Translations under genes and position numbers: made by a program
From: Candidatus Bathyarchaeia archaeon
GTDB taxonomy: Archaea; Thermoproteota; Bathyarchaeia; Bathyarchaeales; Bathycorpusculaceae
Length of the DNA stretch: 38,298 nucleotides
Direction of reading: 5' to 3'
Assembly: GCA_038882655.1 (NCBI GenBank)
Contig: JAVZNT010000009.1
Span: forward strand, 1-38,298
Shown: one piece after another, positions 26,904 through 36,569 of the stretch
Layout: the number at the start of each line of letters is the position of its first letter
How positions within the stretch are numbered: position 1 is the stretch's first letter
The notes under the pieces: generated by a model
Database searches by the model: none
What the model saw: only the letters and a program-made list of their open reading frames with translations
What the model was told of the DNA's origin: nothing

Positions 26904-27683
26904 CTAAAACTTACGCTTGGTTCCCCTCATGAAGAAGTATTTTCTATACTGTTTAAACCCAACCTTTTCATAAACATGGATTGCGGGGGCATTTTCACTC
27001 CTTACAAAAATTATCATAGCGGGCTGCACAGCTAAAAACTCTTTTACAAGTGTTGAAATCACAGAAGTTGCATAACCCATGTTTCTATATTTTTCGCTTG
27101 TAGCAACAATCCCTATTAGGCTTATCCATTCTGTCGTCCACGCATTCCCTATTGAAACAAGTTTCCCGTCAGATTTTACCCCAAACCATTTTGCTCCACG
27201 GTTCATGCCTTCAACTATGTCTTGGCTTGTCACCTCGCCCCAAAATTCCGGGTCAGCCGCCTTCATTATCGTGGCTATTTGCTCAGCGTCAGAGACATCT
27301 AATCCAACCACTGGATGCTTTATGTGAAGTTTCTCTTCCCCTCTGCGAAGAAGCATGACCATCATTCCATGCGTTGCCATGGGTTCATATTTCTCAAGGA
27401 TGTGGGGTTTATGCTCTTCAAGAGTTTGAATTTCTATTTTTTCTAGGTCTAGCTTCTCCAGAAGGGCTTTTGCGGCTTCAGTGCTTCCTCTTAAATTAAC
27501 TATTTCCCCTCTGTATATCAGCATCATTCCATGAATCTTGCCATTGTCCAATGCTAGCAGAATCTTCGTCTGATCTCTTCTGTATTTCCAGTCAAAGGCG
27601 AAAAAGTAATAGTGGGGGATGTCTTGGCTTATTGTTTTCCAAAAAAGCGGCTCAAGGGATGACTCCAAAGGAACAATTTTCAT
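26904..27683 (-). CDS. GNAT-family N-acetyltransferase (C-terminal FR47-like domain)
   Basis: VATSEKYRNMGYAT acetyl-CoA motif and NAPAIHVYEKVGF. Confidence 0.9.
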   Translation of the reverse strand: MKIVPLESSLEPLFWKTISQDIPHYYFFAFDWKYRRDQTKILLALDNGKIHGMMLIYRGEIVNLRGSTEAAKALLEKLDLEKIEIQTLEEHKPHILEKYEPMATHGMMVMLLRRGEEKLHIKHPVVGLDVSDAEQIATIMKAADPEFWGEVTSQDIVEGMNRGAKWFGVKSDGKLVSIGNAWTTEWISLIGIVATSEKYRNMGYATSVISTLVKEFLAVQPAMIIFVRSENAPAIHVYEKVGFKQYRKYFFMRGTKRKF

Positions 27684-27739
27684 GCTTTCCCAAATAGAGG
27701 TTAAAAAAGCAGTCTTTTAAAATTTTCCAGAAATTGATG

Positions 27740-28681
27740 TTAAGTTATGTGGTTGAATGTTTCTAGGATGAAGGCTGCCGCGGCTATTGTTAACATGAGT
27801 ATGCTCCAAGCCCTTGTTATTTTGTGGCTTCGCTTATTCATGGCGAATAAGACGAAGGTTACGAGAATTATGAAGGGAATCGTAGTTAAAATCTCCTGCA
27901 GCGTCACCGTGAAAGGCCTTATAAGGGCGATTATTCCGAAAACCAGTGTTGCTGTTATTATGTTGTCGCCTATAACATTGCCTATGGATATTTCTTGTTC
28001 GCCGTGAAGGGCTGCAGCCATTGAGACGGCTGTTTCTGGGACTACACAGCCTAAAGCCATTATTGTTAGTCCTGCGTAGAAGTGGCTTAAGCCTAAAATT
28101 TCAGCTATAGCAGTGGCGCTGTAGACGAGTAGGAATGTGCCTGCTATTAGGGCGGCCCCGCCAAGAATCATTATGGCTGCTGGCTTTGCATTGCCTTCCT
28201 TTGCTTTATTTGTGGTGTTTCCGTTGCCGTTCCCCTTTCGTATAGAGTAGTAGATGAAGGCTGGGTAAAGTGCCAAGAAGATTATTCCGATCCACCATGT
28301 AACTGTGCCTGTTGCCATCGTCAGCAGCATTAGTAGGGCGGCTAAGCCTATCATGAGGAGGCATTCCTTGTTGATTGTGGAGTTTTTCATTTTGAACTCG
28401 CCGATTAAGCCGCATATGCCTATGATCAGGGGAACATTGTATATGTTTGAGCCTATTATGTTGCCGAAAGCCATTTGCGAAGAGCTGAAAACAGCCGCAA
28501 AAAGCGAGCTAAAAAGCTCTGGCGCTGATGTCACGGAAGCCACAAAAACTGTTCCCACGACAACTTTATGGAGATTTAGAATGTTAGCTAAGCGTGCGGC
28601 TGCATTCACTATTTTCTTCGAGCCTATGTATAGGAGCAGCAGACTCGCTATGAAGGCTGCAACGCTTAATGGCAGAGTCAT
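27740..28681 (-). CDS. cation:Ca2+ exchanger (CaCA, YrbG/NCX_Mj-like), divergent copy
   Basis: About 10 TM; alpha-1 VTSAPEL...GNIIGSN; alpha-2 GCVVPET...GNVIGDN. Confidence 0.88.
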   Translation of the reverse strand: MTLPLSVAAFIASLLLLYIGSKKIVNAAARLANILNLHKVVVGTVFVASVTSAPELFSSLFAAVFSSSQMAFGNIIGSNIYNVPLIIGICGLIGEFKMKNSTINKECLLMIGLAALLMLLTMATGTVTWWIGIIFLALYPAFIYYSIRKGNGNGNTTNKAKEGNAKPAAIMILGGAALIAGTFLLVYSATAIAEILGLSHFYAGLTIMALGCVVPETAVSMAAALHGEQEISIGNVIGDNIITATLVFGIIALIRPFTVTLQEILTTIPFIILVTFVLFAMNKRSHKITRAWSILMLTIAAAAFILETFNHIT

Positions 28682-28820
28682 ATGTAATCCTTAGCATTTT
28701 TGCTATCATTTTCCCATCACACTTCAAAGCCCAAGATATAAACTTATCTGATGCCTTAAGCCTATGCCAAGCATGAATTAGGCTTGATTCAGCGACTTGA
28801 CAATAAGCGAGTAGAGCGGG

Positions 28821-29972
28821 TTACTGGCGTGTTGGCGGGATGAAAACCATAAGCCTTTTTAGGGCGTTCAGCTTTTCCTTATCGCCTAATTTTGTGTCCT
28901 CAACAGCCCTTCTCAGGATTTGTATGGACTCGTCTATGGCTTTTCTATCCACTGGGTAGGGGACGCCGTCCTTTCCGCCATAAGCGAAGGAGTATTTCAC
29001 CGGGTCTTTCCAGCTAGGCTTCTCGCCGTAAATGAGCTCGGCTATTAGGGCTAAGCCGCGAACAGTGGCGGCGCCTACGCCTTTGAAGCCTAAGAGCTCC
29101 TCGTAGTTTCGTGGTTTGAACTCGTAGACTTGTTGTAGGGCTTTCCAGTTTATGTTGGCTGGCATGGACAAGACGTCTATTGGGTAGTCTGTCAAGCTTG
29201 TTTGGTCTGTTTTTGGAAGCCACTCTTCCAGCGATTTCTGGTAGGCTGGTCTTATCGACATTATTAAGCGCATAAGCTTTTTGGGCGGCTCACATGCCAA
29301 GTCCACAGAGGCTTTTCTGCAGCCTTCGCTTTCTTTTGCTGTCATGTCTAGGGCTATTTCGCGCCTCGCGTTGCCAACAATGGCGTTGTGGGGCTCGACG
29401 ACAAAGTTTTTGACGTTTTCGGAAAGCCAGTGGTAGCGTCTTGCTGTGCGGTCTTGGGGGCACATTCCCTGCTGTATAACCGCCCATCGCCCATTTTCGT
29501 CGACGAAGAAGGCGTGGTGGTAAAGCTGATAACCAGCCTGAATAGCCGTGTTATCAACTTTTGCGCTCATCTTGCTAGCATGTTGCAGGCTTTCTATCCT
29601 ATTGTCTGGAAAACCGAATTTTTCGCCCACATACCCAATCTCCAGCGGCGTTTGTCTAGAAATTTTCCCTTTTCCACCGCAAACTGCAATGCCATGTTTT
29701 TCTGGGATTACAGCTTGTTTTAAAACGCCAGTAACAACTGTTGTCACGCCTGAAGAGTGCCAGTCATAACCCAAAACACAGCCTAAAGCCTGAAACCAGA
29801 AAGGGTTGGATAAGCGCTTTAAGAACTCGCCGGTTCCATACTCGTCCACTATTATTGTCACCATTTCTCGTGCTAGTTTTCGCATACGGACAACTAGCCA
29901 CTTCGGAGCCTTCCCATAGTGGAGGGGAAGCTTTGCCACGCCAGTCCTTTGCATTTTGCCCATCAATCCCAA
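28821..29972 (-). CDS. DUF763-family protein
   Basis: LPLHYGKAP, PFWFQ, DWHSSG, KVDN, QQGM, RRYHW, HhH-like GVGAAT and GGKDGVPYP, recognised from memory of the family. The start may be ATG 29954. Confidence 0.87.
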   Translation of the reverse strand: MGLMGKMQRTGVAKLPLHYGKAPKWLVVRMRKLAREMVTIIVDEYGTGEFLKRLSNPFWFQALGCVLGYDWHSSGVTTVVTGVLKQAVIPEKHGIAVCGGKGKISRQTPLEIGYVGEKFGFPDNRIESLQHASKMSAKVDNTAIQAGYQLYHHAFFVDENGRWAVIQQGMCPQDRTARRYHWLSENVKNFVVEPHNAIVGNARREIALDMTAKESEGCRKASVDLACEPPKKLMRLIMSIRPAYQKSLEEWLPKTDQTSLTDYPIDVLSMPANINWKALQQVYEFKPRNYEELLGFKGVGAATVRGLALIAELIYGEKPSWKDPVKYSFAYGGKDGVPYPVDRKAIDESIQILRRAVEDTKLGDKEKLNALKRLMVFIPPTRQ

Positions 29973-30167
29973 AATTATGTTATGTTTTCAGCCTATTTTT
30001 ACCTTGCCAAAAGTCAATTTTGTAATGAGTGGGAAACTGCAAAATTGATAGCCCCTCTCTAGAAATTTTCAACAATTTTTGGTTGAAGAAAAAGCCACCA
30101 GCTGCCTAGACCATCGCCGGCACCAATACTATACATATAAAACTCTACTCAACAGAAATAAAAGTAT

Positions 30168-31172
30168 TTACAACCCTACTTTAACTCGCAGCTGCTCCAC
30201 TTCCTTGCCGTCTGGTCTTTCCACTATCATGTTTTTTTCCAGTTTTTCTCTTCCATATTTCACGTGCACTTTACCTGTTTTCTGATCTGAGTAGTAGGCT
30301 GTTAGCTGCGCAGCTTTTTCTACGGATTGCCGAGTTTTTGGACCTTGCAAAAGCGTTATTGGGCTTCCGCAGCCATGCGCTTCGAAGAAATAGTCGTTTC
30401 TGCTTTTAAGCTTTAAAAGTTTCTCGTTTTCCTCTTTGTTTCTTCCCACAATTATTTTGTTTTCGCCTAGCCTAAAATGGCGCCCAACCTTTAAAAGTTC
30501 TAAATCCGTCATTGAAACTCGTTTTTTGTGCTGGAGTAAGTCTCGGAGTTTAGCCGAAAACTCTTTGTAGGTTAGGAGGCATCCGCCGGCGGGAGACTGG
30601 TACTCGGTTATGCCGTAAACCTTTGCTAGGGCTAGTTGCCTCTTGCGAGACCTTCCGCGAATGTCTAATAGTTTGCTTCTGTCCACAAGCCCACATTTTT
30701 CAGCTATTGTTGGTGGCAAAAGCTTGGCTGAAAGCGGTCGCAGAAGCCTTCCCTTTAAGCTGGACTCTTCCTCCACAATTTTTAGGGCTTTCATGTGTTG
30801 GGACATGGGCCGCTCATCCAAAACCTCGCCAGTAATTATGAAGTCGGCGCCTATCTGTTTGGTGTACTTTTTAGCCTTTTTAAGCATGAATATGTGGCAG
30901 TCTATGCATGGATTCATGTGCCGCCCATAACCAAACTTGGGCTTGCGGATAACCCGCAAATATTCCAAGCCTAAACGCACAACCTTTAGGGGCACGCCCA
31001 ACTTTTCAGCGGCTCTTTGAAAGCTGAAGCCTCCCTTTTTCGCCGTATAGAAAGGTGTTAAGAAGGTTATGGCTTCCACTTCGATGCCTTGCTCTTGCAT
31101 AAGCCTTATGGCTAGGCTGCTGTCTAAACCTCCTGAAAAAAGCGCCAGAGCCTTAACTTGAGCTTTCCTCAT
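30168..31172 (-). CDS. PP-loop tRNA sulfurtransferase-like protein (ThiI/MnmA-related) with C-terminal DUF814/NFACT-R-like domain
   Basis: SGGLDS, NPCIDC, TGEVLDERPMSQ, LRPLSA, PAGGCLLT and GRHFRL...IVGRN. Confidence 0.83.
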   Translation of the reverse strand: MRKAQVKALALFSGGLDSSLAIRLMQEQGIEVEAITFLTPFYTAKKGGFSFQRAAEKLGVPLKVVRLGLEYLRVIRKPKFGYGRHMNPCIDCHIFMLKKAKKYTKQIGADFIITGEVLDERPMSQHMKALKIVEEESSLKGRLLRPLSAKLLPPTIAEKCGLVDRSKLLDIRGRSRKRQLALAKVYGITEYQSPAGGCLLTYKEFSAKLRDLLQHKKRVSMTDLELLKVGRHFRLGENKIIVGRNKEENEKLLKLKSRNDYFFEAHGCGSPITLLQGPKTRQSVEKAAQLTAYYSDQKTGKVHVKYGREKLEKNMIVERPDGKEVEQLRVKVGL

Positions 31173-31225
31173 TGGTTTCCGCTTTAGACGGTTTATAATC
31201 TCTTATTTAAAGGCTGTTTCACCCT

Positions 31226-32242
31226 TTATGTTCTGTAGCCTCCGCCGAAACTTGTTACCAGAAATATGGCATACATTATAAGGAGTATGGCGCCTTCCCT
31301 CCAGCTTATACGTTCGCTGGAGAGGAAATACCACAACAAAAGGTTTGTTATAAGCGAGAACATGACAAGGTGGGAGAAAGCTGCCATGTTAACCGCCAAT
31401 TTCGCTCCTACCAATGCGACGCCGAGGATGCATGTAATGTTTATGAAGCAACTTCCAACAATGTTGCCCAAGGCAAGGTCCATATGCCCCTTCTGAACAG
31501 CGTGGACGCTTGTGGCAAGCTCTGGGAGGCTTGTCCCAAAAGCCACTATAGTAGCACCAATAACAACTTTTGGAATCCCAAGGCTATCAGCGATGAAGGT
31601 TGCCGATTCTACAATGAAATATGAGCTTGCAACAACCAGTGTAATGCCTAAAAGTGCAAAAAACGTGTAGACAGGAAGTTTTCTCCTCTCTTCCCCTAGA
31701 GAGCCTTCATCCCTTATCTTCTTAACTTTTGAAAGCTGATAAACATAGAATACGAAAATTGCTAGGAGGATTACGCCGATAACTCTGCTTGCATATCCAA
31801 TGTAAAGGAGCGCCAAAGGGACAACAGAGGCCACAAAAAGCCCAAAATATAGAGTCCCAACCTCCTCCTTAGCCATGGCTGGCGCCAGTTTTACCGCTTC
31901 AGAGCTTTTCAGCGCCACTATGAGGAAGCATATGCCCAGTATTAGGCATATGTTCACAATATTCGAGCCTAAAACATTGCCCACTGCCACGCCGATGCTT
32001 TCGCCGCCTATAGCCGCAAATATGGAGACACAAAGCTCTGGCAGGGATGTGGAAAAAGCCACAAGTATAAAGCCTGTTGTTGTCTTTCCAAAACCAGTTA
32101 TATCAGCAATTTTAACGCTGTTTGTTATTGCCCAGTCGCTTGCCTTGTTAAGAACCACAAGAGAGGCTAAAAGAATAAGCGAATTACCAACAAGCCCCAA
32201 CCCCTCGAACAAGGCAGTCAAGCCTCTTCTCGCATATTTCAA
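31226..32242 (-). CDS. cation:Ca2+ exchanger (CaCA, YrbG/NCX_Mj-like)
   Basis: STSLPEL...GNVLGSN and GTSLPEL...GNIVGS alpha repeats. The start is uncertain. Confidence 0.92.
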   Translation of the reverse strand: MKYARRGLTALFEGLGLVGNSLILLASLVVLNKASDWAITNSVKIADITGFGKTTTGFILVAFSTSLPELCVSIFAAIGGESIGVAVGNVLGSNIVNICLILGICFLIVALKSSEAVKLAPAMAKEEVGTLYFGLFVASVVPLALLYIGYASRVIGVILLAIFVFYVYQLSKVKKIRDEGSLGEERRKLPVYTFFALLGITLVVASSYFIVESATFIADSLGIPKVVIGATIVAFGTSLPELATSVHAVQKGHMDLALGNIVGSCFINITCILGVALVGAKLAVNMAAFSHLVMFSLITNLLLWYFLSSERISWREGAILLIMYAIFLVTSFGGGYRT

Positions 32243-32327
32243 CCCAAATTAAAAGCATTTTCCCTCCTAAAACCTCAGACAACAAGCGAGGGTAAAGCAA
32301 AAATTTCGAGAAAACATAGGCATATAC

Positions 32328-33158
32328 ATGACTCAATACGAAATAATATTCCTCGGAACGGGCGGCGGAAGGTTCACAACAATAACTCAGAAGAGGCGAA
32401 CAGCCGGAATACGCATAATAGGCGAAAACCTAAACTTGCATTTGGACCCCGGACCCGGAGCGCTTGTCTACTCCATAAGTGAAGGCTTAGACCCTCAGAA
32501 GCTGAACGCCATCTTCGTTTCCCACTGCCACCCAGACCACTACACCGACGCCGAGGTTATGATTGAAGCCATGACCAGAGGCATGACGAAAAAGCGTGGA
32601 GTACTCGCAGCGTCAAAAAGCGTTCTGAAGGGAAGCGATGTCTGCGAACCATCCATTTCAAAATATCACCAGCAAATGCTCGAGCAAATAATTGAAGCTG
32701 TTCCGAGCATGCGTTTCCAAGCGGCAGATGTGGCAATTTCGGCTGCGGAGGCGCGACACACAGACCCGGATGCTGTTGGCTTCCGCTTCGAGACGAAAGA
32801 GTTTGGAGATTTCGCCTACACAAGCGACACAGAATACTTTGAGGGAATAGGCAAATACTACAGAGGCGCTAGGCTTTTGATGCTTTGTATTATGCGACCA
32901 GCCGGAAAGCCGTGGAAAGGACACATGACAACAGAAGATGCCATAAAAATCATTGAAGAAGCCCGCCCAGAACAAGCCGTTTTGACGCATCTTGGAATGC
33001 AAATGATATTCCAGGGACCAGCCCGCGAAGCAAAAATAATTGAAGAGAAGACTGGAACCCCTACAGTGGCAGCCATAGACGGCATGCGCCTAATCTTCGG
33101 CGAAAAAATAGAGATGCAAACAGCAAAGCCCAAACATGGATTGGACAAATTCTTTTAA
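32328..33158 (+). CDS. metallo-beta-lactamase-fold hydrolase (RNase Z/PhnP-like)
   Basis: FLGTGG, LDPG, SHCHPDH, ARH, YTSDT, GHM and LTH metal ligands. Confidence 0.9.
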   Translation: MTQYEIIFLGTGGGRFTTITQKRRTAGIRIIGENLNLHLDPGPGALVYSISEGLDPQKLNAIFVSHCHPDHYTDAEVMIEAMTRGMTKKRGVLAASKSVLKGSDVCEPSISKYHQQMLEQIIEAVPSMRFQAADVAISAAEARHTDPDAVGFRFETKEFGDFAYTSDTEYFEGIGKYYRGARLLMLCIMRPAGKPWKGHMTTEDAIKIIEEARPEQAVLTHLGMQMIFQGPAREAKIIEEKTGTPTVAAIDGMRLIFGEKIEMQTAKPKHGLDKFF

Positions 33159-33201
33159 GGTTTAAGTGCTTTCTCACTAATTTAAAGGAAAGCTGAACAC
33201 G

Positions 33202-33876
33202 ATGCGAATAGTAATCCGACTGGGCGGTTCTGTTGTTGCCACACATGTAAACACTCAACTTATAAGCGAATATGCCAAAATTTTGAAAAAACTGAAGGCT
33301 GAAGGGCACACGCTCGCGGTTGTTGTCGGTGGGGGCGCCCTAGCGAGAGAGTTCATAAAAATAGCCAAAGAATTAGGCTTGGCGGAAAAAGACCAGGATG
33401 ATTTGGCGATTAGCGTTTCAAGGCTTTACGCCCAACTCTTCACCAAAATGCTGGGCGGGCTGGCATGCGAAAAAATCCCAACAAACGTGAAAGAGGCTGT
33501 CCAATGCCTAGAAAAGGGGAAGATTGCAGTTTTAGGCGGCTTAAAACCGGGAATGACAACCGACACAGCCGCCGCCTTGGTGGCTGAAAGCATAAAAGCG
33601 GACATACTCATTAAAGCCACAGACCAGGAAGGCGTATACACAAAAGACCCGAGAAGGCATCCAGACGCTGTAAAACTTGATAAGGTAGGCTTTGAAGAAC
33701 TGCCAAAAGTTTTAGCCGAAGAAAGGCACAAGGCTGGAATACACCAAATTCTAGACCCGAAAGCCATAAAAATCCTAAAAGCTAGGCGCATAAAAGTCCG
33801 CGTCCTAAACGGGTTTAAGCCAGAAAACCTATTGCTGGCAGTTGAAGGAACACCTGTTGGAACGTTAATAGAGTAA
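33202..33876 (+). CDS. pyrH: UMP kinase (archaeal type)
   Basis: RLGGS, VVVGGGALAR, PGMTTD, GVYTKDP and terminal GTLI. Confidence 0.92.
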   Translation: MRIVIRLGGSVVATHVNTQLISEYAKILKKLKAEGHTLAVVVGGGALAREFIKIAKELGLAEKDQDDLAISVSRLYAQLFTKMLGGLACEKIPTNVKEAVQCLEKGKIAVLGGLKPGMTTDTAAALVAESIKADILIKATDQEGVYTKDPRRHPDAVKLDKVGFEELPKVLAEERHKAGIHQILDPKAIKILKARRIKVRVLNGFKPENLLLAVEGTPVGTLIE

Positions 33877-33907
33877 ATGGATTGAAGGGTTTTCAAGCGG
33901 CATAACC

Positions 33908-33950
33908 CTTAAATATGCAAATGGTTTATCGAATTTGATATCGATGGTGA
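33908..33950 (+). promoter_or_regulatory. TATA box, candidate operator ATCGA-N8-TCGAT (33928-33945) and SD GGTGA upstream of padR
   Basis: TTAAATA near 33909; the inverted repeat and SD are seen directly. Confidence 0.5.
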
Positions 33951-33955
33951 TGTGA

Positions 33956-34546
33956 ATGTTTGATGATACAAATGCCGAGTTTCCGCCACCTCTGCCTCTT
34001 CCGCCTTTCCGGCACTGGTTGAGGCACATGGCCGCTGTACCGAAGGGGTTTTTGCGCTATCAAGTACTTGAACTTTTGAACGAGAAGCCACTTTCTGGCT
34101 CTGAAATTATGAACGAAATTGAGAAGCGCACCAACGGCTGTTGGAAGCCTAGCCCCGGCTCGGTTTATCCGCTTTTGGCTTGGCTTCAGGATAATGGCTA
34201 CATCCGCGATGTGCCAACCGAAGAAAGCGGAGTAAAGCGTTACACGCTTACTGATAAGGGCAGGCAGCTTCTAGAGGAACAGCGGAAGGTGCGCGCTCAG
34301 TTCCGCATGGGTAGAAAGCTCTTCGTCCCGCCACTTATGGGTGCCCTTTGGCTTCGCATTCCACCCAAAGAGGCTGAGGAGATTAGAGAGTCTTTTAGGT
34401 GTTTGTTCAAGGCTTTGTTCAGCCTGGGCTTAACCCTCGAAGAACATTTCAGCGAGAAAGCCATAAAAGAAACCTTGGCGGTTCTGAAGGAAACTGCTCA
34501 GAGGCTTGAGGAAATAGACAAGAGGCTGAGGAGTGAAAAGGCATGA
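33956..34546 (+). CDS. PadR-family transcriptional regulator
   Basis: LRYQVLELL, SGSEI, WKPSPGSVYPLL and RYTLTDKG. Confidence 0.93.
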   Translation: MFDDTNAEFPPPLPLPPFRHWLRHMAAVPKGFLRYQVLELLNEKPLSGSEIMNEIEKRTNGCWKPSPGSVYPLLAWLQDNGYIRDVPTEESGVKRYTLTDKGRQLLEEQRKVRAQFRMGRKLFVPPLMGALWLRIPPKEAEEIRESFRCLFKALFSLGLTLEEHFSEKAIKETLAVLKETAQRLEEIDKRLRSEKA

Positions 34547-35547
34547 CGGATGAGGTGATTAGGGCTGAAAACTTAACGAAGGTTTTTAACCGAAGCTTAG
34601 TGGCTGTGGATCACGTAAGCTTCAGCGTCCGAAATGGCGAAATTTTCGGCTTTTTAGGTCCAAACGGTGCTGGAAAAACCACGACGATAAATATGTTGAT
34701 AACTGTGCTAAAGCCAACAGAGGGCACAGCCTCAGTGTTGGGCTACGACATTGTTAAACAAGCTAATGAAGTTCGAAAAGTGATCGGTGTTGTGCCCCAA
34801 GAGTACACGGCAGACGAGGACTTAACGGGCTACGAGAACATAATGTTGTGCGCCGACTTGTACGGGATTCCCCGCGAAATTGCCAAAAAACGCGCTTTAG
34901 AACTGCTGGAACTCGTGGAACTAACGGAGTTTAAGGATAAGAGGGTTGAAACCTACTCTGGCGGGATGCGCCGGAGACTTGAACTTGCATGTGGTCTGAT
35001 TAATAGGCCTAAAGCGCTGTTTTTGGACGAGCCGACATTAGGCTTAGACGTTCAAACAAGAGCCGCCACTTGGGATTATATTAAGCGTTTGAAGAAGGAG
35101 TATAGCATGACGCTTTTTATGACCACGCATTATTTGGAGGAGGCTGACGCCCTCTGTGACCGCATAGCCATCATAGACCACGGTAAAATAGTTGTGACCG
35201 GCACGCCCAGCGAGCTTAAGGACAGCCTAGGCGGAGACATAATAACAATAACCATAAAAGAGAACGCAGACGTAACCAACATAATCAAAAGCGTTGAAAA
35301 TGTCAAGGAAGTTAGAAACGAGAACAGCGCTTATAGGATTAAGGCTGAAAAAGGAGAGGCAACAGCCCCACTAATAATCGAAGCTTTGAGGAAGAAGGGC
35401 TACACCGTGACGAGGCTCTCGCTTACGGAGCCAACCCTAAACGAGGTTTATTTGGAGTACACTGGCAGAGCCATGCGCGACACGGAAGAGTCCCGCATGG
35501 AGTTTATGACTCAAAGACTACACTTATGGAGGGCTAGAAAAAGATGA
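34543..35547 (+). CDS. ABC transporter ATP-binding protein (DrrA-like)
   Basis: GPNGAGKT, YSGGMRRRL, FLDEPT, TTHYLEEAD and EPTLNEVYL. Confidence 0.95.
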   Translation: MTDEVIRAENLTKVFNRSLVAVDHVSFSVRNGEIFGFLGPNGAGKTTTINMLITVLKPTEGTASVLGYDIVKQANEVRKVIGVVPQEYTADEDLTGYENIMLCADLYGIPREIAKKRALELLELVELTEFKDKRVETYSGGMRRRLELACGLINRPKALFLDEPTLGLDVQTRAATWDYIKRLKKEYSMTLFMTTHYLEEADALCDRIAIIDHGKIVVTGTPSELKDSLGGDIITITIKENADVTNIIKSVENVKEVRNENSAYRIKAEKGEATAPLIIEALRKKGYTVTRLSLTEPTLNEVYLEYTGRAMRDTEESRMEFMTQRLHLWRARKR

Positions 35548-36500
35548 GCGGGGCCAACACGTCAACAACAAACGAGTGTCGCCCAAGCTTGGCAAGAGGC
35601 TTGTGGGCTTTAACCTATCGCGAGCTAAAAAAGTGGCTCAAAGACCCAGTCATGCTGGTAATGTTTGTGCTTCAACCCCTAATCTGGATGGGTTTGCTGG
35701 GCAAGTCCATGAATATAGGCGGACTCTTTTCAGCCAACAACATAAACCTGCCACAGCAGATACCGATTCCGGGAAGCGCCATTCTTTCTCCGTCTGGGCT
35801 CCCAGGCGTGGTTCTTAATGGCACAATGCTTTCGCAGATGTTCGCCAACATGGGTTCAAGCATAATGCAGAACACTTTCGGCGTTGCAGACTACTTCAGC
35901 TTTATGGCTGTAGGCATGGTTTCAATGATAGTCATGACCACAACAATGTTCAGCGGCATGTCCATAGTCTGGGACCGACGCTTAGGATTTCTGGACAAGG
36001 TGATAAGCACCCCGGTCTCGCGGACAGCCATAATATTTGCAAAAATTCTCAACGCAACTTTTAGGGCAATGTTCCAAGCCACAGTTATTTTAGCGCTGGC
36101 ATATCTACTGGGACTGCAATTAAGCAGCACCTTCACAATCCTCAACATTTTAGGCGTTTACGCGGCAATATTCCTACTAGGTGTTGGGCTCTCATCGGTT
36201 TTCTTAGCTTTCTCCATAAGATCGACCAGGATGGAACGTCCAATGCAGTTTATAAGCCTAATAACAATGCCATTAATGTTTGCCAGCAACACCTTCTTCC
36301 CAACAAGGCTTATGCCCGACTGGATGCAAACCATAGCCAGCGTAAATCCGCTAACATACTTAACAGATGCCATTAGAAACCTAACCATACTGCCAACGGA
36401 CACATCAGCCTTAATCTTGGACTTCACATACCTATGCATATTTGCCGTGGTTCTCGCTACAATTGGCATAATGCTGTCATGGAAATACCTAACAAGGTAA
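35544..36500 (+). CDS. ABC-2 type permease (DrrB-like)
   Basis: Six TM; DRRLGFL..TP, PLMFAS..FP and NPLTY; ATGA coupling to the ATPase gene. Confidence 0.93.
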   Translation: MSGANTSTTNECRPSLARGLWALTYRELKKWLKDPVMLVMFVLQPLIWMGLLGKSMNIGGLFSANNINLPQQIPIPGSAILSPSGLPGVVLNGTMLSQMFANMGSSIMQNTFGVADYFSFMAVGMVSMIVMTTTMFSGMSIVWDRRLGFLDKVISTPVSRTAIIFAKILNATFRAMFQATVILALAYLLGLQLSSTFTILNILGVYAAIFLLGVGLSSVFLAFSIRSTRMERPMQFISLITMPLMFASNTFFPTRLMPDWMQTIASVNPLTYLTDAIRNLTILPTDTSALILDFTYLCIFAVVLATIGIMLSWKYLTR

Positions 36501-36569
36501 AAACGCTAACCATCAGCGGACAAATTAAATAGGCTTGCTCCAAATATTTAGCGCAGAGGCAGTTGTGAA

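Noticed and set aside
28759-28786. Small hairpin AAGCCTA...TAGGCTT between DUF763 and the exchanger gene
   Set aside because: A 7-bp stem with no other support; could be chance or an ordinary terminator-like element.
30079-30285. 68-aa plus-strand ORF
   Set aside because: It overlaps the 3' end of the sulfurtransferase-like gene in antisense and has no recognisable features.
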